DNA of 64,000 bases from an uncultured Phycisphaerales bacterium (lineage in GTDB: Bacteria; Planctomycetota; B15-G4; CAYZWU01), in the NCBI GenBank assembly GCA_964620445.1, contig CAZUHB010000004.1, positions 45,461 to 109,460 on the forward strand. The letters run 5' to 3'. Below, piece after piece: positions 29,063 through 37,814 of the stretch. The position numbers were made by a program, and so were the translations under genes. The notes below the pieces were generated by a model, which worked only from the letters and a program-made list of their open reading frames with translations, had not been told where the DNA came from and searched no databases. The first letter of the stretch is position 1, and the number at the start of each line of letters is the position of its first letter.

Positions 29063-30382
29063 ATGAAAGCGATCGCGACAGCTGTTGTGGGCGTACTGAT
29101 CTTCATCTGCACCGGGCCGGTCTCGGCCGACACGCCCGATATCGAGGAAGCGGTCTACATATACGACGGCTCCGATCCGATGGAAGCGTACAAGACCCTC
29201 GTGCCTGTTGCCGTCGACTGGAACAACGACGGATTGAAGGACCTCGTGGTCGGCCAGTACACGGACGGTTACATCTGGCTCTATCTGAATCAGGGGACCG
29301 ATATCAATCCCGTTTTCGACGGGGGCACGCTCATCGAATCGAACGGCGCACCCATCACGACGTCCTACTACTGATGTCTCGGATCGAGTCCGCGAGTAGT
29401 GGACTGGAACGGCGACGACAAGAAGGATCTCATCACGGGCGAGCGCGACGGTTATATCCGGATCTACCTGAACACCGGAAGCGACGAGGCCCCTGTCTTC
29501 AGCGGCTACACATTTCTACTGGTTGACGGCCTCATCTTCGACTGCGGCCTCTCGTCGATACCTGACGTGGTCGACTGGAACAACGACGGCCTCTTCGACC
29601 TGCTGTGCGGCGAAGACGACGGAAAGGTCTATCTTCTTCTCAACAGCGGCAAGTCGAAGGATCCTCTCTTCGAATCCGCCGCGTTCATCCGGAAGGGAGG
29701 AGGAGACCTGGATGTGGGTTCCCTCGCCAGTCCCACGGCGGTCGACTGGAACAGGGACGGCAAAAAGGACCTGATCGTCGGAGAGCTGAGCGGCTACCTG
29801 AATTATCTCGAAAACGTGGGAACCGACGAGGAACCCCTGTTCGTCAGCTCATCGCTCCTTCGCATCGACGGGGTCACCATAGACGTGAGCTACGACGCGC
29901 ACCCCGATGCCGTCGACTGGGACAACGACGGCGTGATCGATCTCGTCTGCGGATGCCGCGAGATCATTGACGGCAAGGTGCTCTATTTTCACTCCCGCGG
30001 CCCCTTGTGGGTGAACGGGAACACTCTCTCCAAGAGCAGCGGCGGCGATATCGACTTCGCGTTGAACGGCGGGGGGGGCAATGCCGGCCGCTACTACTTT
30101 CTCATGGGTACGAACGAGGGAACCGAGCCGGGCTACACCCTGCCCGGGGGCGCCATCCTGCCGCTGAACTGGAGCTGGGTGTCCACCTATATTTTCAACA
30201 ACTACAACACCTACCCGCTGACCCGTTTCCGCGGTTCGTTCGACATTCTAGGCAAGGCCACGGCGTCGCTGCACGTTTCGTCGCCGCCGCTCGCGGTGGG
30301 CACGATCCTTCACTTCGCCTTCACCACCGAGATGCCCTACGACTACCAGTCCAATCCCGTTTCGATCGAGATGTTGCCCTGA
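29063..30382 (+). CDS. Secreted FG-GAP/VCBS repeat protein with in-frame UGA (predicted Sec104-Cys105), 439 aa
   Basis: Track ORFs 29063-29374 and 29399-30382 are in the same frame. TGA at 29372-29374 lies inside repeat 2 (ITTSYY*CLGSSPRVVDWNGD). Five 'P..VDW(N/D).DG..DL..G' repeats span the TGA, and only the first part carries a signal peptide. Confidence 0.8.
29375..29405 (+). promoter_or_regulatory. Bacterial SECIS-like hairpin
   Basis: Stem AGTCCGC (29387-29393) / GTGGACT (29399-29405), 7 bp with one G-U; loop GAGTA starts with G after a 19-nt spacer from the UGA. Confidence 0.7.
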
Positions 30383-30539
30383 CCCGCCCCCTTTGTGCTT
30401 GCAGCGCGAACGCCTCGAGAGTAAAAAGAGAACAGGGGATCGGAAGATCTCTGGGGATTTAAAACAGGCGAATTCAGAGTCGCGAATGCCAGGTCGGCGT
30501 TCGGTCACAGGGAAATCTGTTCTCGAGCGGGAGGAAACC

Positions 30540-32231
30540 ATGGCGATTCAACGTGTGATCTTTTCGAGGTCTCGGTGTGTTTTGGCAGCGGCCGTTCTGA
30601 TGCTGTGTGCGCAAGGCTTTGGCGCGCCGGCAGATCTTCCCGTTCCGAAGGTATCGGAGTTTTCATCGGAGAAGATCCTGACCGCTCTCAACGGGACGAG
30701 CAGCGACTACTTCGGATATTCCGTCGCCATGACGGAGGAACTCCTGGCCGTCGGGGCCCCGGTATGCGATAGCATCAACACCCAGAGCGGCGGGGTCTAC
30801 ATATTTCGTCTCGACCCCGCGTCCAAGGACTGGATCGAGGAGGTCAAGGTCAATGCGTCGGACGGCATGAGCTTCGATTTCTTTGGCGGTGCTGTCGCGC
30901 TCTCGGGCGAACTGCTGCTCGTGGGCGCTCCCGGAGACGATGAGCTGTCGAGGGGCAGTAGCTACCAGGACCTCACGGGAGCGGTCTACGTCTATCGGTA
31001 CGATTCCGGATTGAAAAGCTGGGTGGAGGAGGCGAGGCTCGTGCCCAAGGCGAGGGTGGCTCAGGGCAGATTCGGTTTCTCGGTCGCCCTCGAAAACGAC
31101 CTGGCATTGATCGGCGCTCCGGGCGAAAGCTCCGATGGACTGGCAAGCGCCGGCGCGGCTTATATCTTCCGCCACGACCCTGCCACCAAGACATGGAGTG
31201 AAGAAGGACGGCTGCAAGCCGCTGCGCCGGGGGAGGAGGCCGAGTTGGGTCACTCCGTTGCGGTCTCCCAGGGGGACGTCATCGCCGGCGCGCCGGGCGA
31301 CAGTGAAAAGGCTCTCTCCGCGGGATCGGCCCACCTGTTCGGCAGATCTCTTTCCGGAACCTGGTCGGAACAGCTCAAGCTGACCGCTTCCGATGCGGCT
31401 GAGGGGGATGAGTTCGGTTCCTCCATCGCCATCTTCAACAAGGTTGCGGTCGTGGGCGCCTGGAATGACGACGACCGCGGTTTCGATTCGGGGTCGGCCT
31501 ACGTTTTCCGCCAGGCCGGTTTCAGCGGCTGGGCAGAGGAAGCCAAGTTGACCGCCGACGACGGGGGAGCCGAGGACGAGTTCGGTTGTTCCGTGGCGGT
31601 CGCGAAGAACGTCGTCCTCGTCGGCGCGCGGAACGACGATGACCGCGGCGATTATTCAGGTTCCGTCTACCAGTTCGCCTACGACCCAAAGGCGTCCAAG
31701 TGGACGAGGGGAATGAGAATACTCGCCCGGGACGGAAGCCAGGACGCACGTTTCGGCCACGCCGTCTCGACGACGGAGAAGATAGGCCTGGCGGGAGCCT
31801 GGGGTGACAGCAACGGTCGAGGCGCCGCATTCATGTACGACTACGAGCTGGCCACGGCTCCCCATATCGACCTGAAGATCAACGGCCTTCGCCAGAAGGT
31901 GGTCGTCAAGCGGGGAGAACCGGTGATCGTCGATTTCGAGATCGACCCGCGGCGATCCCTCGTGTCTCCGACCGAGGTCTGGGTCTGGTTCGACAATCCC
32001 ACACCGGAACGGTTCGCGTACGCCGGAGGTGAATGGCACTGGGACGACTGGAAAGAGAGCCCATACAATTCGGGACGAGGGCTCTATTTCTGCGCGGAGA
32101 GGTTGAATCTCTCCTCACGGCTGCTCGGCGACTACCAGGTGTGGGTCGGTATCGAACCGCTCGCGGACAAGTCTTTCACCGCGCCGTTCTTTTTCGCCGC
32201 CACCAGAGTCGACTACCAGGTCATACCCTAG
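30540..32231 (+). CDS. Secreted FG-GAP repeat beta-propeller protein with shared C-terminal domain
   Basis: GAGG RBS; about seven 'FG.SVA....L.VGAP..D....GAAY.F' repeats; C-terminal 'PHIDLKING' module. Confidence 0.87.
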   Translation: MAIQRVIFSRSRCVLAAAVLMLCAQGFGAPADLPVPKVSEFSSEKILTALNGTSSDYFGYSVAMTEELLAVGAPVCDSINTQSGGVYIFRLDPASKDWIEEVKVNASDGMSFDFFGGAVALSGELLLVGAPGDDELSRGSSYQDLTGAVYVYRYDSGLKSWVEEARLVPKARVAQGRFGFSVALENDLALIGAPGESSDGLASAGAAYIFRHDPATKTWSEEGRLQAAAPGEEAELGHSVAVSQGDVIAGAPGDSEKALSAGSAHLFGRSLSGTWSEQLKLTASDAAEGDEFGSSIAIFNKVAVVGAWNDDDRGFDSGSAYVFRQAGFSGWAEEAKLTADDGGAEDEFGCSVAVAKNVVLVGARNDDDRGDYSGSVYQFAYDPKASKWTRGMRILARDGSQDARFGHAVSTTEKIGLAGAWGDSNGRGAAFMYDYELATAPHIDLKINGLRQKVVVKRGEPVIVDFEIDPRRSLVSPTEVWVWFDNPTPERFAYAGGEWHWDDWKESPYNSGRGLYFCAERLNLSSRLLGDYQVWVGIEPLADKSFTAPFFFAATRVDYQVIP

Positions 32232-32361
32232 GAGCCGGCGGTTGCCGACGTGGCTTCAGTGCGGCCCGGGACCGCCCGTTCGTCCGTGCTTCTTGTGATA
32301 TCATGTGAGTCTCGCGGAACGATTCAGAAGACCGCCCATCAGCAGGTAGCAGAGGGACGCC

Positions 32362-35300
32362 ATGGAAGTCGAGAGGTGGAAGCGGATCGAAGAGCTGTTC
32401 AATCTGGCTGACGGTCGCTCTCCCGAAGAACAGCTGGACATCCTGACACGGGCCTGCGGAGACGATACCGCGATGCTCGACGAGGTCGTCGAGCTGCTCC
32501 GCTCCAGCGAAGCGGCCGGGAGCCGGTTCGAAGACGTTGTCCGCAAGGCCGGCGTGGAGGCCCTCGCCGAAACGCCCGTCCAGGAGGAAGCCCGACCGGA
32601 CGGCGCGGGACGGAGGGTCGGTGCATACCGTCTGGGCAAACAGATCGGTTCGGGCGGAATGGGAGCGGTTTTCGAGGCCGAACGAGCCGATGACGAGTTC
32701 AGGAAGCGTGTCGCCGTCAAGCTGATCAAGGGTGGAATGGTTTCCGGGGCGAACCTGGAGCGGTTCCTGCGCGAGCGGCAGGTTCTGGCTGATATCGATC
32801 ATCCCAATGTCGCCCGCCTGATCGACGGAGGGACCGACGAAGAGGGCCAGCCCTATCTCGTCATGGAGCAGATCGAGGGCCGGCCCTTCGATCGCTTCTG
32901 CGACGAGGAGCGGCTTCCCGTTTCCGAGCGGCTCCTTCTTTTCCGGCAGGTTTGCGCCGCCGTCTGCGAGGCCCATAAATCCCTGATCGTTCATCGCGAC
33001 ATCAAGCCGGCCAACATCCTCGTGACTCCCGACGGCACGCCGAAACTCCTCGACTTCGGGATCGCCAAGATCCTCGAGCCCGGCGGGGACCAGACGGCCA
33101 CGCAGGAGCAGCTTCTCACTCCCGAGTTCGCCAGTCCCGAGCAGCTTCAGCGAAAGCCGATCACCACGTCTACCGATATCTACTCGCTCGGGGTTCTGCT
33201 CTACCATGCGCTCACAGGGCGCAAGCCTTTCGAGAGCGGTACGAAACCGATACACGAGGTGGTGCGCTCGATCTGCGAGGAAGATCCGCCGCCGCCCAGC
33301 TCGGCGATCCTCCAGCCGGCCGACCGCGAAGGAGCGCCGGGGCCCGTCGAAATCGCCCGGAACCGCGGCTGCAGCGTCGACAAGCTGCGGCGCCGGCTCG
33401 CGGGCGACCTGGACAACATCGCGCTCACTGCCTTGCACAAGACGCCGGAACGGCGGTACGCGTCGGTGGAACAGCTCTCCGCCGACGTCAAGCGCCATCT
33501 CGACGGCCTTCCCGTCATGGCGCACCGGGACACCTTTCGGTACCGGGCGGCCAAGTTCATCAGGCGGCACCGTACGGCGGTCATGGCGGCGGCCCTGATT
33601 CTCCTCGCACTCGTCGCGGGATTGGGTTTCGCCGGATATGGCCTGTTCAAGGCGGAGAGCGCGTTATCGAGAGAGACCCAGGCCCTGTCGCGGGAGAAGA
33701 AGGCCAGGATCAACGCCAGCGCCGAAGCCGAGAGAGCGCGCATCGAGGCCGCCGCCCAGCGGCGTGTGGTCGACTTTCTCATCGAAATCTTCCGGTCCCC
33801 CGAGCCGTCGAGGACCCGCGGGAAAACGGTGACGGCCAGGGACATTCTGAAGAAGGGGGCGCTTTCGATCAAGACGTCCCTGGAAGAGGACGCCGGCGTC
33901 CGTGTCCGCCTGATGGATGTGATCGGCGATGCGTTCGTCTCCCTCGGTCTCTATTCCGACGCGGAACCGCTTTTTGAGCAGGAGCTGGAGCTCTGCCTGG
34001 AGCAGTACGGGAGCGATCATCGAAGAACGGCCGAAGCCTATCTCAATCTTTCCGACCTTCGCAAGCAACAGTTGCAGCTGGACGAGGCTTTCTCCCTGGG
34101 TGAACGCGGTCTCGAGATCGCCCGCCTGGTGAGCAAGGACGAGTTCCTCTTCTTCAGCTGCTTGCACAATCTCGCCGACGTGCAGAAGGTAAAAGGGAAC
34201 TTCGACGAAGCGGAGCGGCTTCTCGAAGAGGCTATTGCGGGATACACACGGCTCCTGGGTGAAGATCACCGCCACACCCTCGATCTGCTTTGCAGCAAGG
34301 CCGATTTTTTCAAGGCCCTCGGTCTCTACTCGAAAGCCGAGAAAATTGTCGAAAGGGTCCTGAAGACCCACCGCTCTTCGCTCGGCTCGGATCATCCACT
34401 CGCCTTGACGGCCATGAACCGCCTGGCCAGTCTCTACATGTCCCAGGATCGCAATACGGAAGCGGAAGAGCTCCTGCTCGAGGCGGTGGACAGGTGCAGG
34501 ACCGTGCTGGGAGTCGATCATCCCGATACCCTGTCCACACTGTCATCCCTGGCGATTCTCTACGTCCGCCTCGGCCGGTTCTCCGAAGCCGAGACCCTGT
34601 TCGAAACGCTGCATGGCAACTACAGCCACCAGTATGATTCCTTTCTCAACGACATGGGGGGATTCCACCACTACCAGGGGAATCTGTCGGAAGCGGAGCG
34701 CTACTACAGGCAGTCCCTCGAAATGCGCCGGGGGGAGCTGGACGAGGATCATCCCAAGATCATCGTCTCTACCCAGAACCTCGCGAGCGTCCTGAACGAT
34801 CTCGGCGACCATGAGGAATCGTTCCGGCTTTTCGAGCAGGCTCTCGAAATGTCCCGCAAGAAGTTCGACAAGAACCATCCCACGACCTTGAAGATCCTCT
34901 TCAACATGTCCGACTGGTACAGGTCGAACAAGCGCCTGGACGAGGCCGCGGCCGTGCTCGAGGAGACCCTCGACGGGTGCATGGCGTCGCTGGGCGAGAA
35001 GCACTACCTGACGAACAACTGCCGGAAGAGGCTGGGAATCGTTCGGCAGGATCAGGGACTCTTCGAGGAGGCGGAGTCGATTCTGAAGGAAGCTGTCGAC
35101 GGTGCTTCCAAGGGGGAGGATCACGGCTTGACGCTCACGTGCTTCTACAGGCTGGGCGCCTGCTACCATGCCCAACGACGGTTTATGGATGGAGCGCGAA
35201 CCTTCGAGCAGGGGTTCGAACTGGGTCTCCGCCTTGTCGGGAGCGGCGATCATGATGTCATCAGCCTGCTGTTCAACGCCGTTTTGTTCTACCAGCTGGC

Positions 35301-36003
35301 CGAAGACCACGAGAATGTGCGCCGGCTGTCCGACCGTTTCTGGGAGATTCTGAAGGGAACGGCGCCGTCCGATCCTGAATTCGCCTGGCTCTACTGCATC
35401 TACAATTCGTTGAACCGGAGTCTCCTGAGTGATCTCGACCCGCAAAGCGAGATCAAGGTGATCCGTGCGGTCCGTGACGCGGAATCCGACCGATCGCCTG
35501 AATGCGCCCTTGCCTTCCGCGACGACGACGGGTCTGCCGAGGATTCGGCCTGCATCGATTACGGCGAAGACTACCTCTTCAAGACGATCGATGTCGACGC
35601 CGCCCCGCAGTCTGCCGCGTACTACCGCTTGTGGATTTACGGACAGCCGTACAGCAGCGAAGGGAAAAGTTTCGTTCCCCGCGCGGATTACGGCATCATC
35701 GTCAACGGCGACCAGGAGCGGGTGCTGGAAATCGACGTGAGCGAAGTGTTCGGACCGGACAGGGATGCCTTCAAATGGGTCGCGGTCCCGATCGCCGCGG
35801 AGAGTGTGACGCAAGGCGACAACAGGATAGTGATCTTCTATACCGGCCCGCCCAACTCACGGGCGCCCAACAAACTCCGCGTCGGGATCGATCAGGATTC
35901 GGATCGCGACGGCAGCGCATGGTTCGCAAACCGTTCCTTTGGCGTCAATCCCGATATTTGCAGCGGCGAGCTCATGATCTTCCTCGAAGCCCGCCCGCGG
36001 TGA
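32362..36003 (+). CDS. Membrane Ser/Thr protein kinase with TPR repeats and a C-terminal beta-sandwich-like domain
   Basis: GSGGMGAVF, VAVK, HRDIKPAN, DFGIAK, TPEFASPEQ; TM helix; kinesin-light-chain-like TPRs (LGSDHPLALTAMNRLA). Confidence 0.92.
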   Translation: MEVERWKRIEELFNLADGRSPEEQLDILTRACGDDTAMLDEVVELLRSSEAAGSRFEDVVRKAGVEALAETPVQEEARPDGAGRRVGAYRLGKQIGSGGMGAVFEAERADDEFRKRVAVKLIKGGMVSGANLERFLRERQVLADIDHPNVARLIDGGTDEEGQPYLVMEQIEGRPFDRFCDEERLPVSERLLLFRQVCAAVCEAHKSLIVHRDIKPANILVTPDGTPKLLDFGIAKILEPGGDQTATQEQLLTPEFASPEQLQRKPITTSTDIYSLGVLLYHALTGRKPFESGTKPIHEVVRSICEEDPPPPSSAILQPADREGAPGPVEIARNRGCSVDKLRRRLAGDLDNIALTALHKTPERRYASVEQLSADVKRHLDGLPVMAHRDTFRYRAAKFIRRHRTAVMAAALILLALVAGLGFAGYGLFKAESALSRETQALSREKKARINASAEAERARIEAAAQRRVVDFLIEIFRSPEPSRTRGKTVTARDILKKGALSIKTSLEEDAGVRVRLMDVIGDAFVSLGLYSDAEPLFEQELELCLEQYGSDHRRTAEAYLNLSDLRKQQLQLDEAFSLGERGLEIARLVSKDEFLFFSCLHNLADVQKVKGNFDEAERLLEEAIAGYTRLLGEDHRHTLDLLCSKADFFKALGLYSKAEKIVERVLKTHRSSLGSDHPLALTAMNRLASLYMSQDRNTEAEELLLEAVDRCRTVLGVDHPDTLSTLSSLAILYVRLGRFSEAETLFETLHGNYSHQYDSFLNDMGGFHHYQGNLSEAERYYRQSLEMRRGELDEDHPKIIVSTQNLASVLNDLGDHEESFRLFEQALEMSRKKFDKNHPTTLKILFNMSDWYRSNKRLDEAAAVLEETLDGCMASLGEKHYLTNNCRKRLGIVRQDQGLFEEAESILKEAVDGASKGEDHGLTLTCFYRLGACYHAQRRFMDGARTFEQGFELGLRLVGSGDHDVISLLFNAVLFYQLAEDHENVRRLSDRFWEILKGTAPSDPEFAWLYCIYNSLNRSLLSDLDPQSEIKVIRAVRDAESDRSPECALAFRDDDGSAEDSACIDYGEDYLFKTIDVDAAPQSAAYYRLWIYGQPYSSEGKSFVPRADYGIIVNGDQERVLEIDVSEVFGPDRDAFKWVAVPIAAESVTQGDNRIVIFYTGPPNSRAPNKLRVGIDQDSDRDGSAWFANRSFGVNPDICSGELMIFLEARPR

Positions 36004-36173
36004 TGCCCGGCCAGTATCGCTCCCTCTCTTCGGCGTGCAGGAGCAAGTTGAATCCGCGCGGAGAGAAGATTGCACCCAAAAAAAGAAAGGGGCAGAACCG
36101 GATCGATCCTGCCTCTTGATTGATTGGATGGCAAACGGCTCGGAGAAAAGTTCTTCCTTCGAGTCTTATCAGC

Positions 36174-36455
36174 CTAGTCGACGACGCACGCTTTGCAGGG
36201 CGGGCCGCCCGGATTGGCCTTGCACTCGCCCTTGCAGGCGACCTTCTTGCCCTTGTAGAGTCCGGTACCGGTATTGGGGCACCAGCCGGTGTCGCCGTCG
36301 GCTGCACTGCACTTGCCGCATCCGGCGTCGCCCACCTTGCATTCGGTGCACTTGCCGCCGTCCTTGCACGAACCGCAGCATGACTTGTCGCACACGCAAC
36401 CGACGAGTGCCAGAAGAATGGCCGTGAACGCGATCAGGATCAAAATCCGTTTCAT
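36174..36455 (-). CDS. Small cysteine-rich lipoprotein (14 Cys in 74-aa mature part)
   Basis: AAGGAG RBS; lipoprotein signal ending LALVG|C20; multiple CxxC and CC motifs. Confidence 0.8.
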   Translation of the reverse strand: MKRILILIAFTAILLALVGCVCDKSCCGSCKDGGKCTECKVGDAGCGKCSAADGDTGWCPNTGTGLYKGKKVACKGECKANPGGPPCKACVVD

Positions 36456-36547
36456 GTCGAGACTCCTTAAATTTCCAACATGTTCATCGATAAGCCTATA
36501 GCATCTTTTCGAGATTTTTCATCACGAATAATCTCTACCGGCGCCCC

Positions 36548-37681
36548 TCACCGGTCTGATCGTGTCTTTTTTTTTCGGCGCGCCTCGAGAGACGCGGCTG
36601 CCAGGGCGCCAGCCAGGCAGATCGCAACCAGCCCGAATGCCACACCCAGTCCCTGGGCCAGGGTGAGCGCGCGCGGAGCCCTCCACGCCACACCCGCGAA
36701 TCCGGGCCCCCCGTAGAGGATGAGAATGTGGGCAACAAAAATATGCAGCGCCTTCTTGCCCACCATGGCATAGAGCCTCTCTATCTTCCGGGTGACGCGG
36801 TAGACAATACCCACGGCGGTCATGATCAGCAGGCACAATCCCGTGCGCAGGACAATGACGCAAGGGTGGGATTGCCAGAAGGTCTCCGAGTCGAAGAGCA
36901 CCCACCCGAGCCGCCCCGCGCCGGCGAGTACGAGCCCCGCAAAGAGGGTGACCGCGCAGAAGGCGACACCCCGCTTCTCGGGCGCGGTGCGTTTGAGAAA
37001 CCACCCGAGCCCCGCTCCGAGGAACATGTACGCGCTGTAAGGAAAGACGGGGAAGAGCGCGCCCTTGCCGAGATGGGCAGGCGCGCCGAGGTAGTTGGCG
37101 GCCCATGAGGGCAGGACCTGGTACGCATCGAGAGCGAAAACGAGCGGCGTGACCGCAGACACCGCAATGCCGACTCCGAGCGCCCAGAGAGCGAAGACAC
37201 CGTTCGATCGCGTCAGTGCCATGATGAACAGATAGCCGAGACCGGTCACGCCGATGAGCTGCAGGATGTGCACGCGGGCGAAGTTGTCCCACTGTTGGCC
37301 CGTCACGATGTCCGGCCTGTAGAGCAGTTCCACCGGAAAGGACATGGCGTAGCCGACGGCGACGAGGAGCAGAAACCATCGCACCCGCCGGCCGATCACA
37401 ACCTTGAGAAGCCGTCCCGACGCGCCCCGCTCGTTGGCAAAGATCTGGACCGCGCCCGACACGATGAGAAAGAGCGGCGCCGTGAGGCCGCGCCCGAAGT
37501 TCCACACGTTCCATGGATAGACGCGGATGTCGAGCTCCTCGGGCGTGACGAGCGCATCGAGGGAGTGCCCCACGATCATGACGAGGATTGCCACGAGCCG
37601 GACGAGATCGAGGATGTAGAAGCGGGTTGTCGCAGAAGGAGAGGCGGGAGATTCCGGCGGAGTGGGATCGACTGGTTCCAT
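36548..37681 (-). CDS. Heparan-alpha-glucosaminide N-acetyltransferase-like (DUF1624) membrane protein
   Basis: RFYILDLVRLVAILVMIVGHS, APLFLIVSG, HILQLIG, FPVFPYSAY; start at MEPVD (37681). Confidence 0.75.
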   Translation of the reverse strand: MEPVDPTPPESPASPSATTRFYILDLVRLVAILVMIVGHSLDALVTPEELDIRVYPWNVWNFGRGLTAPLFLIVSGAVQIFANERGASGRLLKVVIGRRVRWFLLLVAVGYAMSFPVELLYRPDIVTGQQWDNFARVHILQLIGVTGLGYLFIMALTRSNGVFALWALGVGIAVSAVTPLVFALDAYQVLPSWAANYLGAPAHLGKGALFPVFPYSAYMFLGAGLGWFLKRTAPEKRGVAFCAVTLFAGLVLAGAGRLGWVLFDSETFWQSHPCVIVLRTGLCLLIMTAVGIVYRVTRKIERLYAMVGKKALHIFVAHILILYGGPGFAGVAWRAPRALTLAQGLGVAFGLVAICLAGALAAASLEARRKKKTRSDR

Positions 37682-37702
37682 GACGCTCTCAAAAAAAAAA
37701 GA

Positions 37703-37781
37703 CTCTTCCCTTCCGACGGAAGGGGCTCTTCCCTTCCAACGGAAGGGGCTCTTCCCTTCCAACGGAAGGGGCTCTTCCCTT
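37703..37781. repeat. Tandem 23-bp hairpin repeat (three full copies plus a partial)
   Basis: Unit CTCTTCCCTTCC(G/A)ACGGAAGGGG at 37703, 37726 and 37749, partial at 37772. Each unit folds CCCTTCC/GGAAGGG. An A10 run lies at 37691-37700. Confidence 0.9.
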
Positions 37782-37814
37782 TTTACGCTTGTGCCTCGCG
37801 GCCATCAAGCCGGA

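Noticed and set aside
29372-29374. Genome-wide reassignment of TGA to Trp or Gly as the explanation for the in-frame TGA
   Set aside because: Trp is encoded by TGG throughout, and many genes clearly end in TGA (e.g. 1381-1383 directly before a terminator, 62023-62025 after the family-typical CDH end).
29063-30382. Calling the FG-GAP gene a pseudogene or two separate genes
   Set aside because: There is no frameshift or other decay, the repeat runs through the TGA, a Cys and SECIS-like hairpin follow, and the second part lacks a signal peptide and clear RBS. Not formally excluded without homolog data.
37703-37781. CRISPR array
   Set aside because: The 23-bp units are head-to-tail with no spacers, and no cas genes are present.
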